Shown: positions 9,282-19,687, counted from the first letter of the stretch. The stretch is DNA of 64,000 nt from an uncultured Methanosarcinales archaeon (GCA_964405295.1 CAYONI010000001.1:179608-243607), one strand, 5' to 3'. The notes: generated from the letters alone by a model not told the origin. Numbers and translations are program-made.

Positions 9282-9827
9282 ATGAAAACAGGATATACCG
9301 TAGCAGATTGCATGACTGAGAATCCTCTAACAACAGGACCTGAAACAACAATCAAAGAAACAGCAAAATTAATGAAAAAAAATAAGCTAGGAAGCATTAT
9401 TATTCTTGAAAATAATAAACCAACAGGTATTGTTACAAATCAAGATTTAGTTTTTAGAGTAATAGCTAAAGGTTATTCGGCTAAAAACCCTATAGAAAAA
9501 ATAATGAGTAAAAGTATTGTTCGTATTTCTCCAAGTTTAGACATTTTTGAAGCACTTGACGTTATGAACAAAAACTTAATTAGACACCTTAGTGTTGTAA
9601 ATAAAGGCAAACTAGTTGGGTACATTACACTAAAAGATATTCTTAAGATAGAACCAGCATTATTTGATTTATACGCAGACAAAATAGATGCAAGACTACA
9701 AGGAGACAATAATTTAAACCCATTATATGACAATGATGGTATTTGCGGAATGTGCGGGAATTATGCCAAAAGATTGTTTAATGTTAATGGGACTAAAGTT
9801 TGCAATATTTGCAAAAAGAAAAAATAA
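9282..9827 (+). CDS. CBS-domain pair protein with C-terminal Zn ribbon
   Basis: Two CBS repeats (GIVTNQD, GYITLKD); CGMC...CNIC. Confidence 0.9.
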   Translation: MKTGYTVADCMTENPLTTGPETTIKETAKLMKKNKLGSIIILENNKPTGIVTNQDLVFRVIAKGYSAKNPIEKIMSKSIVRISPSLDIFEALDVMNKNLIRHLSVVNKGKLVGYITLKDILKIEPALFDLYADKIDARLQGDNNLNPLYDNDGICGMCGNYAKRLFNVNGTKVCNICKKKK

Positions 9828-9850
9828 AAAGATTTTTAATTTATTAAGCA

Positions 9851-11788
9851 TTAATTATTTAATAATATCTCGACACCTTTACCAAATATTTGCTTTAAAT
9901 CTTCAAATATTTTTTCTTTAATAAAAGCTTTTTTCGGAATAGCTATACTCATAATAACTTTTTCCAACTCTTCAAGATTAGAATCAACATAATTAAGAAA
10001 CTCGCCATTTTTACCAATATCTGCCTTACTTATTTTATCCCTTTTTTCTAGATCATGCACGATAAAGGCCTTATTTCCTAATAAAATAATTTCACCATAT
10101 TTATTACCATATTTAACTCTTATCTTTGTTTTATCAATTGACTTAGCTCTCTTTCTCTCGATATGATCAACCAATACTTTAATTGAATCCTTACCAGCCT
10201 TTACAGCAGTCCTAATCTCATGATTAGTAAGCTTCTTAGATACATATGCCTTTTTAGTATCAAAAACCTTTTTTATATCAGTAAAAACCTTTTCTGAAAT
10301 GATTCCTGCATGTATTACATTATCTTCAAAAGATTTCAATATTTTATCTTTTGTTATTGTTTTAACATTATTCTCTAATTTTAATATATCTCTCATCATC
10401 GTAACAAGAGCATTATAAGAATTGATAACTGCTTCCTCCTCTTTAGATTCACTAATTTGTTGGAATAACTTTTTCAAACGTTTCAAATATTTCTCTGATA
10501 ATTTTAATAATTCATCTACTTCTTTACCAGTCATCTTTGTTTTGTCACCATGCTCCATCTTTTTTCTAGTGTCAATTATCCTCTTAAGAATTGCCACATA
10601 TTCTGGTTCCAGTAATTTTTCTTTCTTAACAAATATATCACTCATAACTTTTGGTGATTCATTAGGCGTAGGTGGAGCAATGCCCATCATCATTAAAGCA
10701 GCTTGGCTTGGAGTTAAAGTTGCCCAGAAAAAATCTTCCATACCAATTTCTTTAAGCTTTACCTTAACACGTTCAAGTAATTGATCACCAGAATGAACAT
10801 ACATTTCTATTGCTTCAGGACTTGGCTTAATTTTTCCCATTTGCAACAACTGTTTCCAAGGCATAAATATTCCCTTATCAAATAAAGGTATACCATCTCT
10901 TAGGAGTGTAAAAATAACAGGATTAGCTTCTTTTATACTATCCCAGAAGTCAGTCAATATGTAAACCTGAATATTTAATTTATTTTTTATTCCAGTCATG
11001 TTACCAGCATCAATTCCCATACCAATAATTATGGCCCTAAGCTTATCTCGCAATTCTGCACGACTCATCTTTTTTACATCAGTATCATCAATAACTATGT
11101 ATACATCTATATCAGACTTAGAATGAGCTTTTCCTTGAACGAGAGATCCTGCCAAACAGTATGAAACAATATAATTCTCAAATTTTTCAAGAACCATCTG
11201 CTTATGGATTTCCGAAATCTTTAACGCAGACATCATTCCTCTATCAAAAACCGGAGCACTAAGTGCAATTTTCTTTAGCAATTCATATTTCCCATCAGAA
11301 CAAGCTTGCCACAAATCAGTTACAAGTACAGATTCAATCTTTAAATTCTTATCAATATCCTTAGCAGATTCTTGCATTATCTTTGCAAGTTTTTCTCTTA
11401 AATCATCTTTACTCATCTTTTTAGAATCTGCATCATCCAGTAAAATAAAAACATTAATTGCATCTTTTTCTTCTTGAGTAAGTTCTTTACCCTGTTCAGG
11501 CTGGTTAGGAGGCAATAAACAAATACCCATTATATAACCTTGGAATTTAGAAACAACCTTCTTTTGATATTTATCAAGAATATTTTTTATTTTCTCAAGT
11601 TTTTCTTTGGCTTCATTAGGCAAATCTGCCGGAAGATTAGAAGTTAAAGCATCTAACTTAACATTATCAGAATTTGTATTCTCTTTTAATTTATAATCAG
11701 CAGACTTAACTGATTTAATATCAACAGAATTAGTTTTTTTAGATTTAGATTTTTTTTTAGTTTTAACAATTTTTTTCTTTTTAGACAT
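9851..11788 (-). CDS. nucleotidyltransferase (MNT) / HEPN-like multidomain protein
   Basis: AGSLVQG...SDIDVYIVIDD polymerase-beta motif, a degenerate upstream copy, and a downstream RKKMEH (Rx4H). Confidence 0.8.
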   Translation of the reverse strand: MSKKKKIVKTKKKSKSKKTNSVDIKSVKSADYKLKENTNSDNVKLDALTSNLPADLPNEAKEKLEKIKNILDKYQKKVVSKFQGYIMGICLLPPNQPEQGKELTQEEKDAINVFILLDDADSKKMSKDDLREKLAKIMQESAKDIDKNLKIESVLVTDLWQACSDGKYELLKKIALSAPVFDRGMMSALKISEIHKQMVLEKFENYIVSYCLAGSLVQGKAHSKSDIDVYIVIDDTDVKKMSRAELRDKLRAIIIGMGIDAGNMTGIKNKLNIQVYILTDFWDSIKEANPVIFTLLRDGIPLFDKGIFMPWKQLLQMGKIKPSPEAIEMYVHSGDQLLERVKVKLKEIGMEDFFWATLTPSQAALMMMGIAPPTPNESPKVMSDIFVKKEKLLEPEYVAILKRIIDTRKKMEHGDKTKMTGKEVDELLKLSEKYLKRLKKLFQQISESKEEEAVINSYNALVTMMRDILKLENNVKTITKDKILKSFEDNVIHAGIISEKVFTDIKKVFDTKKAYVSKKLTNHEIRTAVKAGKDSIKVLVDHIERKRAKSIDKTKIRVKYGNKYGEIILLGNKAFIVHDLEKRDKISKADIGKNGEFLNYVDSNLEELEKVIMSIAIPKKAFIKEKIFEDLKQIFGKGVEILLNN

Positions 11789-11892
11789 ATTCTCTCACCC
11801 AAAACTAGTTTATAACTATAAGCATTATTCAAGATTAAAAGTTATATCTACATTTATAAAGTTTATGAGATATTTATCGAAAATAAAAGAAA

Positions 11893-12168
11893 TTAAATTT
11901 TACTAAAAGCTGTTAAGAATTTTTTATTAAGCGACTCTATTCTTTTCATAGCTGAAATAACTGCTTCAGAAGCAGATCCTTTAGAAGTTTCAATAATAAA
12001 TTGAGGAATAGAAACAAGTGGATGCGTTGTTCTATAAGATGAAACTTTAACATCAGGATCATTCCAAAGCTCTTCTTTAAGTAAATTACAAAAAGTATGA
12101 TCAACCCCACTCAATTCGAAGAAAAATCTATTTTTTGTATTTTCAATTATTTTTATTTCAATTGCCAT
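11893..12168 (-). CDS. rpoL: RNA polymerase subunit L (Rpo11)
   Basis: DHTFCNLL, YRTTHPL. Confidence 0.93.
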   Translation of the reverse strand: MAIEIKIIENTKNRFFFELSGVDHTFCNLLKEELWNDPDVKVSSYRTTHPLVSIPQFIIETSKGSASEAVISAMKRIESLNKKFLTAFSKI

Positions 12169-12176
12169 TTTAAACC

Positions 12177-12374
12177 TTAAAACTTTTTGAATTTTGAAGC
12201 AATATCAATTAAATCAACATGCCCTAAAAACATTACTCTACAACAAAATCTTTCTAAGCCTAAATCATTAAGAATCTTTTTCTGATCTTCGCCTTTAAGA
12301 CTTCTCTCTTTAAATTCGTCCCATAAATGGGCAATTGGCTTTCCACATGAAAAACATCGTATAGGGATTATCAT
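12177..12374 (-). CDS. rpoN: RNA polymerase subunit N (Rpo10)
   Basis: [16 protein letters not shown]. Confidence 0.97.
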   Translation of the reverse strand: MIIPIRCFSCGKPIAHLWDEFKERSLKGEDQKKILNDLGLERFCCRVMFLGHVDLIDIASKFKKF

Positions 12375-12437
12375 TTTTTTTTTACCTGTGTGATTTTTAT
12401 CGTAGCACGTGTTAGTGATACGCTCAAAAGTTCTTGA

Positions 12438-12848
12438 TTATCTATAGGACTTTTGACGTTTTGATCTTGCTTGGCCTTGACTATTTGGTTTTGAAACTTC
12501 TTTAAATCTTACATCTGAAACAAGCATCGCTCTGTCATAATCAAGAAAAAGTTGCTTTAAAGAAGGACTATGCTCAACCAACGCTTTTGAAATAGCAATT
12601 CTTATTGCATCAGCCTGAGATGAAAAACCTCCTCCAGAAACTCTAACACTAATATCAACTTCATTAGCAACCTTATCTGCTAAAATCATTGGTTCTTTTA
12701 TTCTTAATGCATAAAAAGCTGGTTTAAATAATTCAATAGTAGTATTATTAATAAGAACCCTTCCCTTGCCTTTTTTTAGAACGGCTCTAGCAACTGCTGT
12801 CTTTCTTTTACCGCTTGTTTGAATTAATAAATTATTCTTCTTGGTCAT
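12438..12848 (-). CDS. rps9: 30S ribosomal protein S9
   Basis: GKRKTAVARA, GGGFSSQA, QKSYR; ATG 12848. Confidence 0.96.
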   Translation of the reverse strand: MTKKNNLLIQTSGKRKTAVARAVLKKGKGRVLINNTTIELFKPAFYALRIKEPMILADKVANEVDISVRVSGGGFSSQADAIRIAISKALVEHSPSLKQLFLDYDRAMLVSDVRFKEVSKPNSQGQARSKRQKSYR

Positions 12849-13263
12849 TCTTCGCACCTAAAAACTTACATATATCTTTTACAGTAACAAATTTAAGATA
12901 AGGTAATTTTGAAATATTGCATTCATTAAATTGTGTTATTTTTTCCTTAGCAAACTCTTCAGGAATCCCTGCATAACACATAATTCTTTTATATGCTTCT
13001 GCTCCACGAGCAACTTTGTAAGGAAGCATTCCCCTAATAGTTCTTCTAACAAATCTATCAGCCATTCTTGGCAAAAAAGGTCCTTTTGAGTGGATTCCTC
13101 TTATCATTCTTTTCTGATAATTAGCAAGAACTGATTTTTTCTCACCTGTAACAACTGCCTTTTCACAGTTAATTAATTTGATAGTTTCACCTAGAAGAGC
13201 CTTCTTGGCAATAATTGTTGCAAGTCTTCCAAGCACCATATCAGTAGCATCAATAACGATCAT
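12832..13263 (-). CDS. rpl13: 50S ribosomal protein L13
   Basis: IDATDMVLGRLA, RGMLP. Confidence 0.96.
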   Translation of the reverse strand: MIVIDATDMVLGRLATIIAKKALLGETIKLINCEKAVVTGEKKSVLANYQKRMIRGIHSKGPFLPRMADRFVRRTIRGMLPYKVARGAEAYKRIMCYAGIPEEFAKEKITQFNECNISKLPYLKFVTVKDICKFLGAKNDQEE

Positions 13264-13272
13264 GTTTACACC

Positions 13273-13626
13273 TTATCCAATTATCCTAATTCCTTTTGCT
13301 TTAGGATTCTTTTTCATTAATTCTTCAATAGATAATACTTCTCCATTTTGTGAAATTTTTGATTTTGCGTTCTGTGAAAAGGAATAAGCAGAAACTGTTA
13401 GTTTATGTGTTAATTCTCCTGAACTAAGAACTTTCCCAGGAATTATAATTAATTCTCCATCTTTAGTGACTTTATCTAATTTTGAAAGATTAACTATTCT
13501 TCTATTTCTAGTAGGTTTTTCAAGTTCTGAAGCAATTCTCTTCCAAAATTTAACCTTCTCAGTAATAGCTAACTTCTTTAATTCACTAATTAATTTCTCC
13601 TGCATAGGATTTTTTACTCTATTCAT
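13273..13626 (-). CDS. rpl18e: 50S ribosomal protein L18e
   Basis: VNLSKL, IPGKVLSSG. Confidence 0.95.
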   Translation of the reverse strand: MNRVKNPMQEKLISELKKLAITEKVKFWKRIASELEKPTRNRRIVNLSKLDKVTKDGELIIIPGKVLSSGELTHKLTVSAYSFSQNAKSKISQNGEVLSIEELMKKNPKAKGIRIIG

Positions 13627-13649
13627 TTTCTTAGTTTTAACATTAAATA

Positions 13650-14426
13650 TTATTTTGTTGCTTGTTTGATTATTTTTTGTGTTAATTTCAAAACCTTTTC
13701 ATATTCTACCATAGCACTATTAAAAACTGTAGCAGCTTTTAATTGACCCCAAGATTCAAAGGTAAATATAAAATCAGTATCACTATAATCAACAGTAAAC
13801 CCATTCTCTTCGAGGTCTTGTTCTAAAGCACCATTATATTTTAAATGATCAATAATTTTAATTTTATTTCCTGTAATTGAAAGCACTTTTGAATTATTCT
13901 TTATTAAATCTTTATTAGCATCTTTACCTGCAGTAATTATAGGAAGTGATCTAAAACCAGCTAAACCAGGAGACCACTTTGAATGAATTCTTCCATGACC
14001 CAAAACCGCTGTTGCCTCAAACTCTATTTTTTGGTGTGCTAGTAACTTAACTAGTGGAGTATCAGGATAAACTGGAACAATTTTTGGGTCGGTTGATTTT
14101 ATGTCCTTTGCATAAACTGTTTTTGGACCTTCAGCTTTTAATACCATTTTAAGTTGGCATTTTGCACAACCTACACCTTTACATGAACATTCTTCAGGCA
14201 AATTATACATCTTCAAATCTGTCTTAAGTGGCAAAAGACCTAATCTCAAGGCAAGCATTTCATCATATAACACTGAATCATTTTGTCTGAATTCAATATC
14301 TTCAATTGCCATTGTAGGAACTTCTGCAAGTATTAGTCTTCTCAAAGTATTAACATAAGCAGAAGTAGTTCCTTCTAGTAAAAATATTAATTTATTCTTT
14401 GATTTCTTTAGAGCTGTAATCTTCAT
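13650..14426 (-). CDS. rpoD: RNA polymerase subunit D (Rpo3)
   Basis: NTLRR..EVPTMAI, LGLLPL, HSKWSP. Confidence 0.96.
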   Translation of the reverse strand: MKITALKKSKNKLIFLLEGTTSAYVNTLRRLILAEVPTMAIEDIEFRQNDSVLYDEMLALRLGLLPLKTDLKMYNLPEECSCKGVGCAKCQLKMVLKAEGPKTVYAKDIKSTDPKIVPVYPDTPLVKLLAHQKIEFEATAVLGHGRIHSKWSPGLAGFRSLPIITAGKDANKDLIKNNSKVLSITGNKIKIIDHLKYNGALEQDLEENGFTVDYSDTDFIFTFESWGQLKAATVFNSAMVEYEKVLKLTQKIIKQATK

Positions 14427-14857
14427 TATACCCTTCGACCTCTTCTTCCACCTTTTTTTCTACAGCCTCCATGAGGCATAGGTGTAACATCTTCTATAAA
14501 ACCAATTCTCAAACCCATTCTCGACAAAGCTCTTATTGCTGCTTGTGCTCCTGGACCTGGACTATTTGGACCATTATGTCCTCCTGGAGCTCTTATTCTT
14601 ATGTGCAAACCATTAATACCTTTTTCTTTTACTATTTCTGCAAGTTTTTTTGCTGCGTTCATTGCTGCAGTAGGACTAGATTCTAATCTGTCTGACCTAA
14701 CTACTTGACCACCAGAAACTCTAGCAATAGATTCTGAACCAGTAATGTCTGTAACATGAAGTATAGTATTATTATATGAAGCCAAAATATGACAAACACC
14801 CCACCTTATATTTTGTTGCGGTCGAGGTCTTCTAGTATCTGTTCTTTGAATTGCCAT
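14426..14857 (-). CDS. rps11: 30S ribosomal protein S11
   Basis: [33 protein letters not shown]. Confidence 0.97.
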   Translation of the reverse strand: MAIQRTDTRRPRPQQNIRWGVCHILASYNNTILHVTDITGSESIARVSGGQVVRSDRLESSPTAAMNAAKKLAEIVKEKGINGLHIRIRAPGGHNGPNSPGPGAQAAIRALSRMGLRIGFIEDVTPMPHGGCRKKGGRRGRRV

Positions 14858-14859
14858 TT

Positions 14860-15651
14860 TTATTCTTCCTTCTTCTTTTCAACAGAAGGTTCTTCTGCTT
14901 TAATCTCTTTAACAGGATTCTTTTTTTCTTCTTTAACAACAGGTTTTGTTTTTTCTTTTACAACAGGATCCTTTTTTCCTTCTTTTTTAGAAGTAGATTC
15001 TTTTTTTTCTTCTACAGAAGGAGTTTCTTCTTTTTTAGATTTGATATTAGTATTATTAACTTCTTTAGGCTTTGATTTTATATCCTTCTGAATTTCATTA
15101 GCTTCCTTTTTCAAAATAACTTTTGTTTTCTTATCAATAGCTTTCCTTTCAGGATGATCTTCACTATAAAGGCTTGAAGAAACTGTAAAATTAATAAACC
15201 CTTCTTCTTTTATAGGAACAAGATATCTTGGAGAAGTAATTTTTTTGTCACCAATTAAAACATGCCCATGAATTATAAATTGCCTTGCTTGTTTTTGAGA
15301 TCTAGCAAGTCCTTTCTTAAATAAGACTGTTTGTAACATTCTATCAAGAACATCTTTTATTTGCAATGAGAAAATAGCATCAAAAGTTTCACTTCCAGCA
15401 GTAATTAAACCAAATGATTTAAGTTTATTCATCATTTGTTCTCTCTCTAAATCTGCTTGTGTGCCTTGCATAGCAATAAGCTTCTTTGCTTGGTCTTTAT
15501 ATTTTTTAAGAATAGATGAAAACTTCCACAATTCTTTCTTGTTTTTTAGCTTATATTCTTTAAGAAGTTTAATTTCCTCAACAATTCTAGATTTTTGCCA
15601 AGGATGAATAGGGGTTTCATACTTTTTTCTTATTTTTTTAGGATCTCCCAT
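14860..15651 (-). CDS. rps4: 30S ribosomal protein S4 with K/E-rich C-terminal extension
   Basis: [23 protein letters not shown]. Confidence 0.96.
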   Translation of the reverse strand: MGDPKKIRKKYETPIHPWQKSRIVEEIKLLKEYKLKNKKELWKFSSILKKYKDQAKKLIAMQGTQADLEREQMMNKLKSFGLITAGSETFDAIFSLQIKDVLDRMLQTVLFKKGLARSQKQARQFIIHGHVLIGDKKITSPRYLVPIKEEGFINFTVSSSLYSEDHPERKAIDKKTKVILKKEANEIQKDIKSKPKEVNNTNIKSKKEETPSVEEKKESTSKKEGKKDPVVKEKTKPVVKEEKKNPVKEIKAEEPSVEKKKEE

Positions 15652-15652
15652 C

Positions 15653-16108
15653 TTACTTTCTAGACACCCCTTTCTTTTTTAAACCAGGAACTGCCTTACC
15701 CTTATTCCTTCTAAAATTTGATTTTGTTCTTTGGCCTCTTACAGGAAGTTTATGCATATGTCTTACACCTTTGTAAGATCTCATTTTAATCATTTCCTTA
15801 AGATCACCGTCTACAGCAAAAATTAAGTCAGAACCAACAAGATGTTTATCCTCTCCTGTTTCTTGATCTTTTCTTCTGTTAAGTAACCAAGATGGAGCGC
15901 GTGGATTTTGGATTTCTTTTTCCAAAGATTTAATTTCAGCTTCAGTTAAGTCTCCTGCTTTTTTAATTCTATCAACTTTTGCATTTAAACATATCATATT
16001 AGCAAACATTATACCAATACCTTTTATCTTTTTTAATGCATAAAGAACTGATTTTTCTCCTTTAACATCTGTATTTGAAATTCTTACTAAGTGTTTGAAT
16101 TCTGCCAT
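15653..16108 (-). CDS. rps13: 30S ribosomal protein S13
   Basis: IKGIG, LPVRGQRT. Confidence 0.97.
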   Translation of the reverse strand: MAEFKHLVRISNTDVKGEKSVLYALKKIKGIGIMFANMICLNAKVDRIKKAGDLTEAEIKSLEKEIQNPRAPSWLLNRRKDQETGEDKHLVGSDLIFAVDGDLKEMIKMRSYKGVRHMHKLPVRGQRTKSNFRRNKGKAVPGLKKKGVSRK

Positions 16109-16142
16109 TTTATTTAATTCTTAATTAATATAAATTATTTTT

Positions 16143-16188
16143 TACCGAGAATTAGCAATCCAACCCTATAATCGCTTGCACTCGGGTA
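16143..16188 (-). promoter_or_regulatory. hairpin in the 5' leader of the S13 operon
   Basis: UACCCGAG/CUC-GGUA and AGCGAUU/GAUUGCU stems, downstream of TATA 16220-16227. Confidence 0.45.
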
Positions 16189-16318
16189 TAATCAATTTAT
16201 CCTAGTGAACTGAGGCTTCTTTATAAATGTTTTGTTTGGTTAAAACATACAATAATCTTTATGATAATTATTAAACCTTTGCATCAATTATATAAATAAA
16301 ATGAGTTTCTAAAGTAAT

Positions 16319-18049
16319 ATGATGCCTGATTATAAAGAGTATATGAAAGAAATTATTAAGTATATTAAGAAAGAGAAACCAGATAAGATAACTCTTAGTA
16401 AAAAGAAAATTAAATTGTGTAGCAAGTATCACCTTAGAGAAATGCCTAATGACATAAAAATATTAATGTCTGCACACAAAAAAGATATCGAAGATATAGA
16501 AAAATTTCTTTCAATTAAACCAATAAGATCAATAAGTGGTGTTGCAGTTGTTGCGGTTATGACAAAACCATTAAAGTGCCCTGGTACTTGCACATATTGC
16601 CCTGGTGGGGTAAATAGTTTTTATGGTGATACACCAAAATCCTATACAGGAAAAGAACCTGCTGCAAGAAGAGCTGCAAGAAATCATTTTGATCCCTATC
16701 TTCAAGTATTTAATAGATTAGAACATTACATTGTTTCAGGACACGTTCCTGACAAAGTTGAACTAATAATTATGGGTGCAACCTTTCCTGCATTCGACAA
16801 GGAATACCAAGAAGAATTTATTTATTATGTATTTAAGGCAATGAATGATTTCTCTAAATTATTTTATGATAAAAAAGAGGTAATAAATTCTTCTAAATTC
16901 AAAAAATTCTATGAACTTCCTGCAGATATCAATGATTCAGACAGAACAAAGAGAATACATGCTAAACTTTTAAAAATAAAATGCCCAATAATAAATGTTA
17001 TTGGCATCAAAAAACAGAATAAAAATAAAAGAACTCTAGAAGAAGAACAGAAAATTAATGAAACTGCAAAAATAAAATGTGTCGGGCTAACAATTGAAAC
17101 AAGGCCTGATTATGCAGGCAGAGAAATAGGAAACAATCTTCTTAGATTGGGTACTACCAGAATTGAACTTGGAATACAAAGTGTTTATGAAGATGTTCTA
17201 AGGGGAGTAAAAAGAGGACACACAGTTAAACAAAGCATTGAGTCAATTTCTATTCTAAGAGATCTTGGGTTTAAGTTAAATTTTCATATGATGCCTGGGC
17301 TTCCAGGAGTTAACAGAAAAAAAGATTTGGCAGGACTTAAAAAATTATTTTCTGACCAAAATTTTAGACCTGATATGTTAAAAATTTATCCTTGTATGGT
17401 CATGCCAGGCACAGAGTTATATGAATCATACAAAAATAAAGAATTTAAACCATTAACAACTAAAAAAGCTGCATCTCTGATTGCAGAGTTCAAAAAATTT
17501 GTTCCTAGATCTGTAAGAATTATGAGGGTGCAAAGAGATATCCCAAGTAATTTAGTTAGTGCAGGTGTTGATAGAACAAATTTAAGACAATACATAGAAA
17601 AAGAATTAAAAAAGAAAAAATTAAAATGCAACTGCATAAGATGCAGAGAAATTAAAAATAATAAAATTACAAATCCAGAGTTAAACATTGAAGAATATGA
17701 AGCAAATAATGGAATAGAATTCTTTATATCTATTGACGATAAAAAAACAGATAAAATAATTGGTTTTTGTAGATTAAGATTCCCTGCAAAACAATTAAGG
17801 AAAGAATTCACTAAAAGAACTGCAATTGTTAGAGAACTTCATGTTTATGGGAAAACAACTTCTGTTGGTAAAATTGGCAAAAAAGCACAGCACAAAGGAT
17901 TCGGAACAATCTTACTAAAAACTGCAGAGCTAATCTGTAAAGAGAATGATTATAATAAACTTCTTGTTATCAGTGGTGTGGGGGTTAAAGGATATTATAA
18001 AAAATTAGGTTATAAAAAAGAAGGGATTTATATGAGTAAAAAAATCTAA
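16319..18049 (+). CDS. elp3: tRNA U34 carboxymethyltransferase Elp3 (radical SAM + KAT)
   Basis: CPGTCTYC, ETRPD, ELGIQS, RELHVYG, QHKGFG. Confidence 0.96.
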   Translation: MMPDYKEYMKEIIKYIKKEKPDKITLSKKKIKLCSKYHLREMPNDIKILMSAHKKDIEDIEKFLSIKPIRSISGVAVVAVMTKPLKCPGTCTYCPGGVNSFYGDTPKSYTGKEPAARRAARNHFDPYLQVFNRLEHYIVSGHVPDKVELIIMGATFPAFDKEYQEEFIYYVFKAMNDFSKLFYDKKEVINSSKFKKFYELPADINDSDRTKRIHAKLLKIKCPIINVIGIKKQNKNKRTLEEEQKINETAKIKCVGLTIETRPDYAGREIGNNLLRLGTTRIELGIQSVYEDVLRGVKRGHTVKQSIESISILRDLGFKLNFHMMPGLPGVNRKKDLAGLKKLFSDQNFRPDMLKIYPCMVMPGTELYESYKNKEFKPLTTKKAASLIAEFKKFVPRSVRIMRVQRDIPSNLVSAGVDRTNLRQYIEKELKKKKLKCNCIRCREIKNNKITNPELNIEEYEANNGIEFFISIDDKKTDKIIGFCRLRFPAKQLRKEFTKRTAIVRELHVYGKTTSVGKIGKKAQHKGFGTILLKTAELICKENDYNKLLVISGVGVKGYYKKLGYKKEGIYMSKKI

Positions 18050-18582
18050 ATTTTACTTCTCATGTTTAGAAAATGCTTGATTTCATTTGAAAGCTCACCC
18101 AATTTTATGCTTAAATCAGCCATTTCTTTTATGGCCATTTCATTTTTCCTTAAAGAGAAAATAACCTTACCAAGTGTTTGATAAAAACTTTTAACCCAAT
18201 TCCTGCCATCTTCAACTTTGAAAAGATCTTTATAATCAGCAATAACCGATCCATTAATCTTTATTTTTATCTTACCTTTACCAATCTTGACTTTTTTCCC
18301 ATTAACATTAACAATTTTCTCAACATAATTATCTGCTTCAATCTCGACATTAACAGTATGTTTATAATACTCAGTTATTTTTGCATCACCGTAAAGTTTT
18401 ACAGTGATAATTCGTCCTTCAAACCCACCGTTTTTATCCTTGTATAGTAATTCTTTTGGTTTATATCTATTTTTCTTAAACCATTTAATAATGCCCCTAT
18501 AAACATTATCAAATAAAAATTCTCCTTTAAACTTTACAATTGCAGGACCCGAGGTATTCAAGATCCATTCTGCTTGTGACAT
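18046..18582 (-). CDS. hypothetical protein
   Basis: 178 aa beta-rich ORF with an upstream TTTATATA box. Confidence 0.75.
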   Translation of the reverse strand: MSQAEWILNTSGPAIVKFKGEFLFDNVYRGIIKWFKKNRYKPKELLYKDKNGGFEGRIITVKLYGDAKITEYYKHTVNVEIEADNYVEKIVNVNGKKVKIGKGKIKIKINGSVIADYKDLFKVEDGRNWVKSFYQTLGKVIFSLRKNEMAIKEMADLSIKLGELSNEIKHFLNMRSKI

Positions 18583-18628
18583 AACAAGATTATAGAGTGC
18601 ACAATATATAAATGTTTTTGTTAGATGA

Positions 18629-19603
18629 TTAAAAATAATCAGAATAAAGCTCTTCTATTACATTTACACTAGATGCCAAATTAACCTTTTTCATAAAAAC
18701 AGAATTGTTTGTTAAACCTTTCATTAAATAAATTAAATTATTCTTTAACAAAACATATCTTAATTTTTCTTTAACTGCTAAAGAGATTAAGTCTTTTATT
18801 ATATTTTGTTTTTCTTTTGATAAAATGTGTTTTTTGTTTTTTAAGATTATGTTGGGATCATTTAAAACAGGATTAAATTTAATTGAATTAATTATCCTTT
18901 TATTTTTAATTTGTTCAAAGATTAGAGGATTGCTCAGTGCAGCCCTGCCAATCATTATACCATCAGGATTAATCTTTATAATCTCTTTATATTTATCATA
19001 TGAATCAATGTCTCCATTAATTATTATACTCATTTTAGGAAAATCTTTTTTTATATCTATTAAAGAATCATAGGTGGCAACTTTCTGATAAGAATATTTA
19101 TTTGGTCTTGCATGAATATAAACTTTATTAATATTTGATTCTTGTAAAATTCTTAGATATTCATTAATCTCAATATTATTTTTATCTGTCCCAAGTCTTA
19201 ATTTAACACTTGGAATAATATCATGCAACTTAGATTGAACTGCTAATTCCAAACACAATTCTTTCATTAGAACTTTATCTGTTAGTATTCCACCACAAAT
19301 CTTTTTTTGTAACATAGTAGATTGTGGGCAACCCATATTAAGGTTGATTTCTTTTATGCTAGGGATTAACTCTTTTAGCTTTTTTATTCCTTTAGCTAGC
19401 TCTTTCTTATCAGAAGTTCCTATCTGAAATACTGTTTTTTGTAAATCTCCTTTAATAAATTTTAACTTATCTTTCTCAATCTCTGAACCCAACTTATCCA
19501 ACATAATTAATTCAGAAAACACAAAATCTGCACTATTCTCTAAAAGAATATGTCTATAAACATAATTACTTAAGAGATTCATAGGAGCAAAGTATAGTTT
19601 CAT
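18629..19603 (-). CDS. dus: tRNA-dihydrouridine synthase
   Basis: APM, NLNMGCP, VKLRLG, IHAR, NGDI, MIGRAAL.NP. Confidence 0.92.
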   Translation of the reverse strand: MKLYFAPMNLLSNYVYRHILLENSADFVFSELIMLDKLGSEIEKDKLKFIKGDLQKTVFQIGTSDKKELAKGIKKLKELIPSIKEINLNMGCPQSTMLQKKICGGILTDKVLMKELCLELAVQSKLHDIIPSVKLRLGTDKNNIEINEYLRILQESNINKVYIHARPNKYSYQKVATYDSLIDIKKDFPKMSIIINGDIDSYDKYKEIIKINPDGIMIGRAALSNPLIFEQIKNKRIINSIKFNPVLNDPNIILKNKKHILSKEKQNIIKDLISLAVKEKLRYVLLKNNLIYLMKGLTNNSVFMKKVNLASSVNVIEELYSDYF

Positions 19604-19687
19604 AATATTAAGTAAGAAGGTGTTATTTATAAAAATTAAGTTAAGTATACAAAATGCAACACTTATATTTTTAATAGACTAAAAAAT

